In this document: in pieces, positions 1-11,938 of the stretch
How the letters are laid out: every line of letters starts with the position of its first letter
Position numbering within the stretch: the first letter of the stretch is position 1
Assembly (NCBI RefSeq): GCF_018350175.1
Contig: NC_058383.1
Coordinates: 15,068,001-15,132,000, forward strand
Origin: Felis catus
Lineage: Eukaryota
Length of the DNA stretch: 64,000 bases
Direction of reading: 5' to 3'
The notes under the pieces: model-generated
Seen by the model: only the letters and a program-made list of their open reading frames with translations
The model's database searches: none
What the model was told of the DNA's origin: nothing
Position numbers and translations under genes: made by a program

Positions 1-219
1 CCAAGGAACATAATAGATCAGGAGTAGATCTATACATATGTGATCACTTGATTTTTGACCAAAGTGCCAAGTTAATTCAATAGCAGAAAGGACAGTCGTT
101 TCGTCAGATCATGCTGGACAATTGGTTTTTCATGTGCAAATGAATGATCTTTGATACTTACTTTATTCCATAAACAAAAATTCACTCAAAATAGATCACA
201 GACCTAAACGTAAAAGCTA

Positions 220-436
220 GGGGCGCCTAGGTGGCTCCCTCAGTTGTGTCTGACTCTTGATTTGGGTTCAGGTCATTATCTCACCATTTACAGGATCAAG
301 CTCCAAGTCAGGCTAGAGCTAACGGTGCAGCGCCCACTTGGGATTCTCTCTCTCCCTCTTTCTCTGCTCCCAGCCCCACTTTCACGTGTGCACTCTCTAT
401 CTCTCAAAATAAGTAAACTTTATTTAAAAAAATAAA
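220..436 (+). mobile_element. Can-SINE (SINEC)
   Basis: ggggcgcctaggtggctc head, CT-rich segment, A tail; degenerate TSD aaacgtaaaagcta (206-219) / aatgtaaaagtta (641-653) encloses this and the next SINE. Confidence 0.9.
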
Positions 437-439
437 TGT

Positions 440-639
440 GGAGTGCCCGGGTGGCTCGATTGGTTAAGCATCCAACTTCAGCTCGGGTCCTGATCTCATA
501 GTTTGGGAGTTCAAGCCCCACATGGAGCTTTGCACTGACAGTGCAGAGACTGCTTGGGATTCTCTCTCTCTTACTCTCTCTCTGGCCCTTCCTCACTCAC
601 TCTCTCTCCAAATAAATACATAAACGTAAAAAAATAAAT
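440..639 (+). mobile_element. Can-SINE inserted in the tail of the preceding SINE
   Basis: ggagtgcccgggtggctcgattggttaagcatcc head, (CT)n, A tail; aaaaaaataaat at both 426-437 and 628-639. Confidence 0.9.
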
Positions 640-846
640 CAATGTAAAAGTTAAAACCACAAAACCTTTATAAGAAAACATAGGAAAAAAATCTTTGCAA
701 CCTTGAGTAAGTAGAAATTTCTTAAATAAGATGCAAAGAGCACAAATAATAAAAGAAAAATATTAATAATTTACTTCATCAAAATTAAAATCTTTTACTC
801 TTCAGAAGACACCTTTGAAAAAACTGAAAAGACAAGTCGCAGAGAA

Positions 847-1150
847 AATTATATACATATATACCTATACATAGGTACATATATACCTATATATAGGTAC
901 ATATATATAGGTACATATATACCTATATATATGTAATATACATATATACCTATATATAGGTACCTATATAGGTACATATAGGTATATATGTATATTACAT
1001 ATATACCTATATATAGGTACCTATATAGGTATATATGTATATAGGTATATATGTATATAATTACGTATATATAATACACGCATGTATATATATGCTACTT
1101 ATAAAATACACACATATATATACTATTTATATATAAAGCATATATAATGC
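847..1150. repeat. TA-rich quasi-palindromic simple repeat (TACCTATA/TATAGGTA units)
   Basis: Read directly; 847-869 is the reverse complement of 1040-1062 and 931-954 is the reverse complement of 977-1000. Confidence 0.95.
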
Positions 1151-1324
1151 CATACATATCTGGAAAAGAACTTATATCAAGAATATGTCAAGAAATCTTG
1201 CAACTCAATAAAATGAAAATATACAACTTAATTTTTTTAATGGGCAAATGATTAGAATAACAAGATATACAAATGGCCAATAGCACATGAAAAAGTACTC
1301 AACATCAGAAGTTATCAGGGAACA

Positions 1325-1537
1325 GGGTGTGTGGGTGGCTCAGTGGGTTGAGCATCTGACTTCGGCCCAGGTCACGATCCCACACTTTGTAGGTTCGAGC
1401 CCCACGTCAGGCTCTGTGCTGACAGCTCGGAGCCTGGAGCCTGCTCCGGATTCTGTGTCTCCCTCTTTCTCTCCCATGCTCACACTCTGTCTCTCTGTCT
1501 CCCAAAAATAAATAACCATTTTAAAAAATTTAAAAAA
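1325..1537 (+). mobile_element. Can-SINE (SINEC_Fc-like)
   Basis: tRNA-derived head, CT tract, A tail; TSD agaagttatcagg at 1307-1319 and 1538-1550. Confidence 0.95.
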
Positions 1538-2339
1538 AGAAGTTATCAGGAAATTCAAATTAAAACAACAATGAAATGCTACCCATACAACCAGTAGAAT
1601 GGCTAAACTTAAAACACCTGACAATACTAAGTGTTGACAACAATGTACAGCAACTAAAACTCTCCTATAATGCTGTTGGGCATCTAAACAGTTCAACAAT
1701 TTTGAAAAACCGTTTAGCAGTTTTTTTATAAATGAAACACACAACTACCCTATGATTTAGCAATATCAGTTCTAGGTATTTTTCTTAGAGAAATAAAGTC
1801 CACAATATGACTTTCACATATGAATGTTCATAGCATCTTTCTTCACAACAGTTAAAAACCAGAAACAATCCAAATGTTTCTCAATAGGTGACTGGATGAA
1901 CAAATTCTGAAGTATACTCAGCAATTACAGGAATAAACTAGATCCCCACAACAGCATTAGTTGAATCTCAGAAACATCATTCTGGATGAAAGAAGCCATA
2001 CACAAAAGAGTATGTACAATATTACTTCATTCTTATGAAAGTCTAGCGGGTAAAATAAATCTATGGTGACAGAAATAAATTAACGGATGCCTAGGAAACA
2101 GATTAACTGCAAAGGGGCCAAAAGGAATGTTTTGGATTGAAGAAAATGCTTATTATCTCTTGATTATGATGGTGGTTACAAATTTGTGTACATTGGTCAA
2201 GACTTGTCCAACTATACACTTAAGGTGAGTGTGTTTTACTGTATTAAATTGTTCTCAATGAAATTGCTTTTAAAAGAAAAAACAAATAAAAAAGTAAAGC
2301 CCAACAAATGCAATTGAAAAAAAACTTTTTTAAGATGAA

Positions 2340-3395
2340 ATTTATACCTTTTAAGACACACAGGTAGAGAATTTGTCATCAACCCCCATCCTAAAAGAAG
2401 TATTAGAGTGAGCTGTTCACACAGATGGAAATATGATTCCTGATGGAAGAATGGAGACAGAAAGATAAAGAACACTGGAAATGGTCAATATGTGGTAAAT
2501 CTAAATAACAATTATTATGTTTGAATCTAATAATAATAATCCTAATAATGATCCGTCGGTTGTTAAATTCATGAAGAAATAAAATACGTGACAATTGCAC
2601 AAAAGTTGGAAGTTGGGTAAATGGGGTCAAAGAGTGTTCTTGGCTCCTTGCATTGTAACAGTGATAAATGTACTAATTTAGGATATGTACCAGGGGGTCA
2701 AGGGTACATGTTGTAAGCTCTAGGTCAATCACTAACAAAATAATGACAGCATATAATTCGTAAGCGGGAAATGGAAGAATAAGAACACAATGCATTCCAT
2801 CAAAAGGAAGGAAGGAGTTAAAGGAGAACGTAGAACAGATGAGATGACTAGAAAGCAAATAGTAAGATTATAGATTGAAATCCAAAATAATCAGTAGTCA
2901 CCATCCATATCACCAGGCAAAATGTATTCTAACATCAAGACAAAGATTGTTAAACACTAATATAGAAATGTCCAAGGAGATTCTGTTTACAACAAATACA
3001 CAATAACTATGAGGACATAGGAGTTTTTAACATGAAAGGATGGCATATGCAAAAAAATCACTGAAAAAAACAACTGGTATGGGTATACTAATACCAAACA
3101 AAATGAATTTTAAGGTAAAGAGGTTTTACTAAAGATGAAGAATGACATTTCATAATGACGAAAGTGTCAATTTCCCAGGAAGATAAAACATTTCCAAAAC
3201 TGGGTAAACCTAATAACATATGCTCAAAATACAGAAAGCAAAATTGATAGAATTGCCCAATCTGACTGATACAGTAATAATCAAAGATCTAAAAATAGAA
3301 CATAAATCAAAAGAAGAGAATCAAAAATATATTATCTGATGGCAAACAGACACATGAAAAGATGCTCAACATCGCTAATCATCAGGGAAATACAG
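2340..3395 (+). mobile_element. Ancient L1M fragments (ORF1 end, inter-ORF, ORF2 endonuclease region)
   Basis: gagaatttgtcatcaac..., ggtatactaataccaaacaaaatgaattttaagg, gacatttcataatgacgaaagtgtcaatt and aaacagacacatgaaaagatgctcaacatc resemble L1 consensus. Confidence 0.7.
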
Positions 3396-3409
3396 GAATG
3401 AGATTTAAG

Positions 3410-3566
3410 AATTTTATTTTTTAAGATTTTTTAAAGTTGGGGAGCCAGGGTGGCTCAGTCGGTTAAGCATCCGACTTTGGCTCAGGTCATGATCTCACCA
3501 TTCGTGGGTTCGAGCTCCGCGACGGGCTCTGTACTGACAGCTCAGAGCCTGAAGCCTGCTTCAGAT

Positions 3567-3616
<50 letters not shown>

Positions 3617-3784
3617 CTTCCCCCACTCACGATCTGTCTCTTTCTCTCTCCCTCTCAAAAATAAAGATTTATTAAAAAATAATAAAAAATAATAAAGTAA
3701 TCTCTACTGCCAGTGTGGACCTTGGACTCACAGCCCTGAGATCAAGAGTTGCACGCTTCATCCACTGAGCCAGCCAACTGCCCC
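3410..3784 (-). mobile_element. Older short Can-SINE on the minus strand, split by a younger SINE
   Basis: T-rich tail 3410-3432 and body aaagtaatctctac...ccctgagatcaagagttgcacgc...ccactgagccagccaactgcccc (3694-3784). Confidence 0.8.
3439..3695 (+). mobile_element. Can-SINE with long (CT)n, nested in the older antisense SINE
   Basis: ggggagccagggtggctcagtcggttaagcatccgac head; taaagt on both flanks. Confidence 0.95.
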
Positions 3785-3896
3785 AAGATTTGCATCTTTT
3801 GAAATGCACCAAGGAGACTCATGCCAAACCAACTGAATCCAAATTTACAAAAGTGAGGCCCACAGGACTGTCATTAAAAAATATTTCCATAATGAT

Positions 3897-4095
3897 GGGG
3901 GTGCCTCGGTGACTCAGTCAGTTGAGCATCCAGCTCTTGATTTGGACTCAGGTCATGATCTCATGGTTCCTGAGTTCAAGTCCCAAATGGGGCTCTGCAC
4001 TGACAGAATGGAGCCTGCTGGGATTCTTTCTCTCCCTCTCTCTGCCCCTCGCCTGTTCTCTCCCTCTCTCTCAAAATAAAAATAAACATTAAAAA
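3897..4095 (+). mobile_element. Can-SINE
   Basis: Head, CT tract, tail; long TSD aaaaaatatttccataatga on both sides. Confidence 0.95.
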
Positions 4096-5147
4096 AATAT
4101 TTCCATAATGAGATAACATTTTTAGTTCAACCAGTAGGTAAAAATTAAACATAATCGTGACACCCAGTATCGGCAGAAGTGTAGAGAAATAAACATGTTC
4201 ATAGGAATACCGAGGGGAGAGGTAGTGGTCGGAAAACTCCTTTTCTTGGATTTCATGTTCCCACGTGGAGTCATATCAATTTGAGTGTAATTAACCCTCT
4301 GCTTCGTCACCCACTTCTCTGGTTGGTAAATTTGGAGGAATGAAAAGGACTGGCAGCTCAGCCTGCCCTCCTGTCTCGCACTGTTTGGCCTTGAGCTCGC
4401 GTGTGTCCATCACCTCCTGTAACTGGCCAGGTGGTGAATGATCTAATTCTGGGCGCAGTATTATGACGTTGACATTCTGATCCTCGTCTGCGTGACCTCA
4501 GTCTTTTAAAACATTTGAACCAAAGAGAAGCGCACTTTATTGATTTCTCTCAATCTGTCATCAGTAGCAAAGTCAATAAATGTAAAAATGGTAGTTAACT
4601 GCTACCCACTCGACAAACCTGCCACCTTCGGGGCACGCGCCTTGTATCCTCTCTTCCTTCTTCCCCCACTGAAAGGCCCAGTGTCTCTTCCTGCCTCTGG
4701 CCGGTCCCTCTGCTGAGCTTAGGACTGCATTCCTCCCTATGTCCCAGCAACCCTGGGAAGTCTGATGACTTCTATTTGTAGCTTTTAGTTCAATAATTGG
4801 CATAACCCTCTCTTTTGAAAGCCAGATCGCTTTGGAATCATTTTTGGCTTCCTCGACCCCATTCCCAATCCATCTCTAATTCCCCGCACACGGTTCAAAA
4901 TTCCAAAGTAAAAGCACAGTATGCAGTAAAACATCTCTCCCACCTCTTCTGGATCGTCTGCTTTTCCTGTAGCCAGCAAGCACTCTTAGTACCTGTGTGT
5001 CTTTCCCAGAGATACGGTACAGATGTTTGCTATTTCTCCATATAAATGGTGCCACACTGTATGTATTGTCTTCCAAGAGGAATGCCACCTGATAAGCGTA
5101 GAAGGAATAATGGAAATTTAGATGTCGCCATGTTAAAACCAATTAAG

Positions 5148-5372
5148 GGGGGCGCCTGGGTGGCGCAGTCGGTTAAGCGTCCGACTTCAGCCAGGTCACG
5201 ATCTCGCAGTCCGTGGGTTCGAGCCCCGCGTCGGGCTCTGGGCTGATGGCTCAGAGCCTGGAGCCTGTTTCCGATTCTGTGTCTCCCTCTCTCTCTGCCC
5301 CTCGCCCGTTCATGCTCTGTCTCTCTCTGTCCCAAAAATAAATAAACGTTGAAAAAAAATTAAAAAAAAAAA
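5148..5372 (+). mobile_element. Young SINEC_Fc
   Basis: Near-consensus ggggcgcctgggtggcgcagtcggttaagcgtccgacttcagccaggtcacgatctcg with CpGs retained; TSD caattaagg. Confidence 0.97.
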
Positions 5373-5499
5373 CAATTAAGGAAGGACTGATAGAAGCAAG
5401 AAATCAATCTACCCGTTTATGCAAGGCTTGGGTTTAACACAAACAGACAACAATAGAGGACATTACGGCAATTATGGCCATACTCAAGGAAATCTTGGA

Positions 5500-5775
5500 G
5501 GGGGGGAAGTCTGTATGTACTTTAGTATATCAATGTTAAGTTTCCTGGGTATGATCGTTGTACTGTGGTCATGTAGAAGACTGTAATTGTTCTTAGGAAA
5601 TATGTGCTAAATATTTAGGCGCGAAGTCTGTCATAATGTCTTCAATTTATTCTCCCCTAATTTTCAAATGGTTCAGGGGCAGGGTGGGTGGGGGAAGAGG
5701 GTATATGGGTGGGTTTTGTGTGCTATTTTTGCATTTTTTTCTAGGTTTGAAATTTTTTTAATAAAAAATTGAGAA
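5500..5775 (+). mobile_element. Ancient L1M (L1MC/ME-type) 3' end fragment
   Basis: gtatatcaatgttaagtttcctgg...ttgttcttaggaaatatgtgctaaatatttagg...tttgaaattttttttaataaaa. Confidence 0.7.
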
Positions 5776-6699
5776 AGAGTAAAAACATCACATGTTTCTA
5801 TAAGCATAGAAAAAAATGGGTTTAATAAAAAGCCAAACTGGCATCTCTGAGAGATGAGAATGAGACGGCATTAGATAGAGGAGTAAATACTGTCACATTC
5901 CTCAGCCAATTTAGTTCTGGCTTGTTGGCATTTGCTATTAAAAATGCCTTATTTTTATCTTTTGTATTTTTTAAAAAGCTCACTTTTTGTAACTTTAAAA
6001 AGTTTCCATAGGTTATTCATGTATAAATCAGAATTACATCTTTCCAAATGCCCTCACTGCCCCTCACACCACCCCCCAGAATCCCTCGATTTCCTGGATT
6101 GAACAATCAAGGCTCAGCAGGAAGCTTCTAGAACCCTGGTAAGTAGGGCTGGATGCTAAGTCTTTTGAATATCACTCCCCATAAAATCCACTAATATGTA
6201 GAATGGATGTTGAATTAAAATGATTTCACCCACATCCAGAGGTTAAATTGGACACGTAGATGTTTTTTAAAAGTTTGCCATGATGTCAGACACTGGAACG
6301 AATGACATCACACTTACACGAAGGGTAGTTTACCAAAAGCTGACCAGGTTACTGCATATCAGACTCAGGAAGAATGGAGAGACAAGGAGGAGAGGAGAAC
6401 AAGGAGGATGAGGAGAAAGACATGGAGAAGCTGAGAGAAAGTAATGTTTCCTTATCTTCCAGAGGAAAGATTCAAATGGAAACTGTTCAAGTGCCTTAAC
6501 TGAAAAATATTTTTAAGAAGGTAAAGTAAATTAGTGGAACTAAATACCCACAGAATACACATTCTAAATCACCGAAGAGAAAAAAGATTTTTAAGTTGCA
6601 TGACGCATTATTTTTCTAAAGATAAATGCGTGTAAAACTCACCTTTTAAAAGAAGTGCCAGGCTAGGTTTATGTTTAATAGACACAAAAAGTTGAAAGT

Positions 6700-7265
6700 A
6701 AAAGAATTCGTAGCAGGCATTCATTGGTGGGAATGTACATGAGTTAAATGTTTTTAAAGGGCTCTTTGTAATACACGGTAAAAATTAAAGCATGTGTGCC
6801 TTTTCACCCAGAGGTTTCTTTTATAAGAACTTATCTTACATGTGTATTTGAACAAGCACACAAAGATTTTCATGGAAACATGGCGGTAATTTCCAAAAGA
6901 AGGAAAAAGGACCTAGGAGTGACGCTAATTCCCACCAAAGGGTTTTTTGGTTGGGTGTGTGTTTGTTTTAGAAAGTAAGCAATTGTGTATTGAGTGCAAC
7001 AATTTAAAATAATGAGGTCAAGGTTGGTTTAGATGTAATGATATGGAGATAGGCCCGAAATAACTGAAAATAGCAAATTGTAAAACAGCATATGTTAAAT
7101 GTAGTTCCATTTGCATAAAAGCAATTTTATTTACGTGCTGATATGTGCACAGAAACTCTAGAAGAACATTCACTCGATATCAGCAGTGACTATTTCTGGG
7201 TTGGGGGATTATGAGTAACTTTTGTTTTCTATATAAACCTTTTTTTGCACCGTTAAATTTTTAGG
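6700..7265 (+). mobile_element. Ancient L1ME-type 3' fragment
   Basis: cattcattggtgggaatgtaca..., cagcagtgactatttctgggttgggggattatgagtaacttttg. Confidence 0.6.
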
Positions 7266-7269
7266 TATG

Positions 7270-8005
7270 TGTTGTATAATAAGGAATTCGTCTGGTGTTT
7301 GCCCCTGGTTTTCAGCACAGATCTTCTAAAACTCTTGGGATCTCCCAAGTGATAGACACGTCGGCTATTCATGAGCCCCTGGAACACACCCAAGGCTATG
7401 CTAATGAGGAGACGGATGGTAGGCCCTGAGAGAGCTTCAGGATGGGGCTGGTCACCAGAAAGACCAACTTTGTGATTAGAGGGTTGAAACTTTGACCTCC
7501 AAGCAGAGAAGAAAGCTGGAGATTGGGTTCAGTCATGTCACCAGTGGTTAATCAAATGTACCTATGGCAAGAAAGGCCAGTCAAAACTCTGGGCAGTGAG
7601 GCCTGGTGGAGCTCCTGGTTGGTAGACACACTGATGTGCCCTAGGACGGCGATGTGCCCTGATGTCTCAGGGAGGTGGCACAGAAGCTCTGCCATCAGGA
7701 CCCTCCCAGACTTCACCCGGCATGGCTCGTCATCTGGCTGTTCCTGATTTGTATCATTTAGAATCACAAGTAGAGCACTTTCCTGACTTCTCTGAATCAT
7801 TCTAGTTAATTATTGAATCTAAGAGAATATTGGGTACCAAATTTATAGTTAGTTGGTCAGAAGTGTGTGTGACCTGAAAACCCCATGAGCTTGAGGCTGG
7901 TGTCCAAAGCAGGGGCACTCTTATGGAGGATTAGGCCTTTAACTTGCCGAGTTGGCACTAACTGCACGTGGTCAGTGCCAGAGCTGAACTGCAGAACCAG
8001 GTAGG
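7270..8005 (+). mobile_element. Solo LTR, MER21-like (ERVL)
   Basis: tgttgtataataaggaatt...tatgctaatgagg...agcttcaggatggggctggtcaccagaaagaccaa...gtgattagagggttgaaacttt matches my recollection of the MER21B/C consensus. Confidence 0.85.
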
Positions 8006-9529
8006 ATTGGAACAGGATAATTGGCACTCATATGACAAGGGTTATTTCTTTTGAAATAGTAGCAAAACAGTTTTAAGTAAAAATATGGGAAATGTAGGCC
8101 AATTCAAATAATAGAATGAAGCCCAGGGGAGGCAGTTCAGCTTCCGTGGTAAGCATGGGAAGATCCTGAACTCGCCTCCCCCTGTGGACACAACAAAACT
8201 ACAGCTACATATGCAAAATTTTCCTCTGAAAAGGACATGAACAGCTTCTCTGAAACAGAGGCTAAAAGGACCACATTGAGATGGGTGGGAGAAGAGATCT
8301 GGCCTCCCCACAGTCCCCACCTTTGGTGTGGCAGCCCACAGTCAGGAGGGATCTCACAAATGTGGAGCTTCTCCCTGAGGAGTGAGGAGTTTGTGTCCCA
8401 CATCAGGTACCCAATCCCTGAGACCTTCATGGAAGAGATGAGTCCCCAAAATGTCTGGCTTTGAAAATCGAGTGGGGCTTATGTCCAGAAGAACCACAGG
8501 GCTGTAGGAAATGGAGATTCCACTCTGAAAGGGTTTGCATGCAGATCCACTTACCCTGGGACCCAGCACAAAAGCAGCACCTTGACAAGCACCTAGACCA
8601 TATGAGAAGGAGATTTGTTTGCTAATCTGGCAGCGTCTGCTAAAGGGGCAAGATCCTGTTAGAACTCTCTCTAGGGACGGGGGCACTGGCAGGCACCACC
8701 TTTGTGTTTTTTCCTGATGGTGAGGGTGCATCCTTGCCTCCACACTGCTCCCACAGCCCTACCAAAGCCAGGGGGCAGTGCCCTGCCCCTGCACCACTCC
8801 CTTGGCCCTGCCAAAGCTGTGTACACAGCCCAGATAGGGGATGTGTACTGAGTACATAGCACCAGTGGATTGTGTTCGGGGCCCCATGAGTCTGAAACAA
8901 TTGGAGAAAAAGCTCTTGGCAGGCTACCACCCCCAGAACACTGCCTAGACAGCAGACTGAAACCCACCACAAGTCTTTCTGTGAAAAAGGCCTATTTACT
9001 CTTCCTGGAGCTTCAGCTTGAGGGGCAGACTTCAGGCCTACCATGTATCTAAAGGCTACAGGAATGCTCTCAGGAAACATGGGCTAGGGATTCCATCTTT
9101 GTACTCTCCCTTTGGTCTCACTACAGCTTGCCAGTAGGTCCCAGAAAGGAACTCTTACACTTATCTGGAGCCTTGATCTTTGCAATAGTCACCAAAAGGA
9201 CACCAAAAGGATCAGGTGGTCTGGAGGACAACAAGGTTTACAATTGTGACCCCATAGGACTGCATGCATACCTTATGCATACTTTAAAAGCTGCTGTGTG
9301 AGGGTCTAACTTTCAACTAGTCTGAAACTAGGTGCTGAGACCCTTCCCTCTGGATCACTCACAGGTCTTGGCATATCCTCAACAACTGGGTCCTATCAAG
9401 GATGAGTTAGGCTGTTTTGAACATCACAAAGGTCTGAGAGACAACCAAGAGCTAGGGCAAGGTTAAACGATAAGGTTCATCTCCTACAAACAAGCAACAC
9501 ATACGTACATACACAGAGAGTAAAACAAA

Positions 9530-11020
9530 ATGAGGAAACAGGAATATATTTCAGATGAAAGAATGACATAAACCCCTATATGAAAAACTTAGTGAAATAG
9601 ATAAAGAGGTCAAAGTCATGGTCATAAAGGTGCTCATCAAACTTGGAAGAAGAATGGATTAACAGAGTGAAGACTTCAACAAAGAAAGAAAATATAAGAA
9701 AGTACCAAACAGAAGTCACAGAGCTGAAGAATGCAATAACTGAACTGAAAAATATGTTAGAGGGGTTCAATAACATATTAGATGAAACAGAAGAAAGAAT
9801 CAGTGATCTGGAAGACAGGTTAATGAAACTCGCCCAAAAGGAGTAACAACAAAGTAATTTTTTACCATTAACACTTTGTTTATTAAACTTTTGCAAAACA
9901 ATGTCTATGGCACATGCCTTGAAATGCAACTGCTTATCAGTAAAGTGTATGGCTGGCTGTTCAGCTTTTCAAGAAAGTGCCCAATTATTTTCCAAAGGTT
10001 ATAATTATTTACATTACAGTGAGGGGTTTATATGTCCATCAACTGATGAATGGCTAATGAGAAAGAATGAAATCATGCATTTGCAGCAATGTGGATGAAC
10101 CAGAAGTTATTGCGCTAAGTGAAATAAGTCAGTCAGAGAAAGACAGATACCATATGTTTTCGCTCATATGTGGAACTTGAGAAAATTAACAAAAGACCAT
10201 GAGGGAAGAGAAGGGGAAAAAATAGTTACAAACAGAGAAAGAAGGATGTAAACCGTAAGAGAATCTTAAATACAGAGAATAAACTGAGAATTAATGGGAG
10301 GGGATGGAGAGAGGGAAGCGGGTGATGGGCATTGAGGAGGGCACTTGTTGGGATGAGCACTGGGTGCTGTATGTAAGCGATGAACCACAGGAATCTACGC
10401 CCAAGATCAAGAGCACACTGTACACACTGTACGTTAGCCAATTTGACAATAAACAAAATAATTTATTTAAAGAGCAGATAGCTTAAAGAAACTATAGGAC
10501 GGCATCAAGCACAATAACATTTGCATTAAAGGGGTCCTAGAAGTAGAAGAGAGAAAGGGGCGGAAAACTTATTTGAAGAGATAATGGCTGAAAACTTCCC
10601 TAACCCGGGGAAGGAAACAGGTATCCAGATCCAGGAATCCCAGAGAAGTTTCAGATAAGACGAACCCAAAGAGACCATATCAAGACACATTATAATTAAA
10701 ACGTAAAAAGTAAAGAGAAAGAGAGAATCTTAAGAGCAGCAGAAGAAAAGATAACTTGTTACAGACAATGGAACCCTCATAAGGCCATTACCAGATTTCT
10801 CAGCAGAAGCTTTACAGGCAAGAAGTGAGTGACATGATATATTCAAAATGCTGAAAGGAAAAAAATTCCAACCAAGAATACTCTGCCTGGCAAGGTTATT
10901 ATTCATAGTTGAAGGAGATATAAAGAAATTTCCAGACAAGCAAAAGCTAAAGGAGTTCATCACCATTAAATTAGCCTTCCAAAACATGTTCAGTCTTTCA
11001 GCTGAAAAGAAGAGGCACTA
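9530..11020 (+). pseudogene. Decayed L1 ORF1 (nucleic-acid chaperone), interrupted at ~9860-10465
   Basis: ENIRKYQTEVTELKNAITELKNMLEGFNNILDETEERISDLEDR coiled coil; downstream ataatggctgaaaacttccctaac and ccaagaatactctgcctggcaagg ORF1 motifs; many frameshifts. Confidence 0.85.
10028..10465 (+). mobile_element. 5'-truncated younger carnivore/felid L1 3' end inserted in the host ORF1
   Basis: atgtccatcaactgatgaatgg...aagtgaaataagtcagtcagagaaagacagataccatatg...gggcacttgttgggatgagcactgggtg...gttagccaatttgacaataaa. Confidence 0.9.
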
Positions 11021-11220
11021 ATTAGGAACAAGTAAACACATAAAACTAAAAATCTTACTGGTAAAGGTAAATATATAGTAAAGATAGTGAACTAATCATT
11101 TATAAAGCTAGTATAAAGATTAAAAGACAAAAGTAGTGAAAATAACTACAGCTACCATAATTAGCTAAGGGATACATAAAATAAAATGTTGTAAAATGTG
11201 ACATCAAAAACATAAGACAT

Positions 11221-11440
11221 GGGGCGTCTGGGTGGCTCAGTTGGTTAAGTGTCCAACTTCAGCTCAGGTCATGATCTTGTGGTTCACAAGTTCAGTCCCT
11301 GCATTGGGCTCTGTGCTGACAGCTCAGAGCCTGGATTCTGCTTCAGACTCTGTGTCTCCCCATTCTCTGCCCCTCCCCTGCTCATGCTCTGTTTCTCTCT
11401 ATATATCTCAAAAATAAATAAATATTAAAAAAATTTTTTA
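11221..11440 (+). mobile_element. Can-SINE in the L1 inter-ORF region
   Basis: TSD aaaacataagacat / aaaacataaaacat. Confidence 0.95.
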
Positions 11441-11938
11441 AAACATAAAACATTGTGGGAAGGGAGTAAAATGTGGAGTTTTAGAATGTATTCCAACTTG
11501 CTTTCAACTTAAAATAGACATACCTACACATTGTTATATATGAGAAAGCTAAAACCTATAGTAGATATACTAAAAATAATAAGAAAGGAATCTAAACACA
11601 ATGCTATCGAAAGTCATCAAACCACAAGTGAGGAAAGAAAAACAGATAAGAACAGAGAACAACTACAAAACAACCAGAAAGCAATGACCAAATGGAAGTA
11701 AATACATATCTATCAATAATTACTTTAAATGTAAATGGACTAAATTCTCTAGTCAAAAAACATCGAGTAGATGTATGGGTAAAAGAAACAAGACCCATCT
11801 ATATGTTACCTATAAGAGACTCACTTCAGATGTTAGGACACACGCAACTAACAGTGAAGGGATGGAAAAAGATGTCTCATGGAAATGGAAACCAAAAGAA
11901 AACTGAGGTAGCTATACTTATGTGAAAACCAAATGGAC

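Larger units (their letters stand above)
1..2290 (+). mobile_element. Old LINE-1 (L1M-type), ORF2 3' end plus 3' UTR, interrupted by three SINEs and a TA-rich repeat
   Basis: L1 motifs in consensus order (cacttgatttttgaccaaagtgccaag; aaatggccaatagcacatgaaaaagtactcaacatc; acaactaccctatgatttagcaat; tccaaatgtttctcaatagg) ending in an A-rich tail near 2270-2295. Confidence 0.85.

Noticed and set aside
849..1079. 76-aa Tyr/Ile-rich ORF
   Set aside because: Translation of the TA-rich simple repeat
5148..5230. tRNA gene-like A/B boxes
   Set aside because: tRNA-derived SINE heads followed by a CT tract and A tail; not tRNA genes
5030..5335. ORFs with MAQSVKRPTSAQVMISRSVSSSP-like peptides here and at 1287, 3450, 11232, 32808, 36960, 53113, 53331 and 56595
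   Set aside because: Recurrent translations of Can-SINE sequence, not a gene family
8354..9080. 129-aa and 146-aa minus-strand ORFs
   Set aside because: Antisense to the L1 5' UTR, no recognisable domain; no basis for calling an ORF0-like gene
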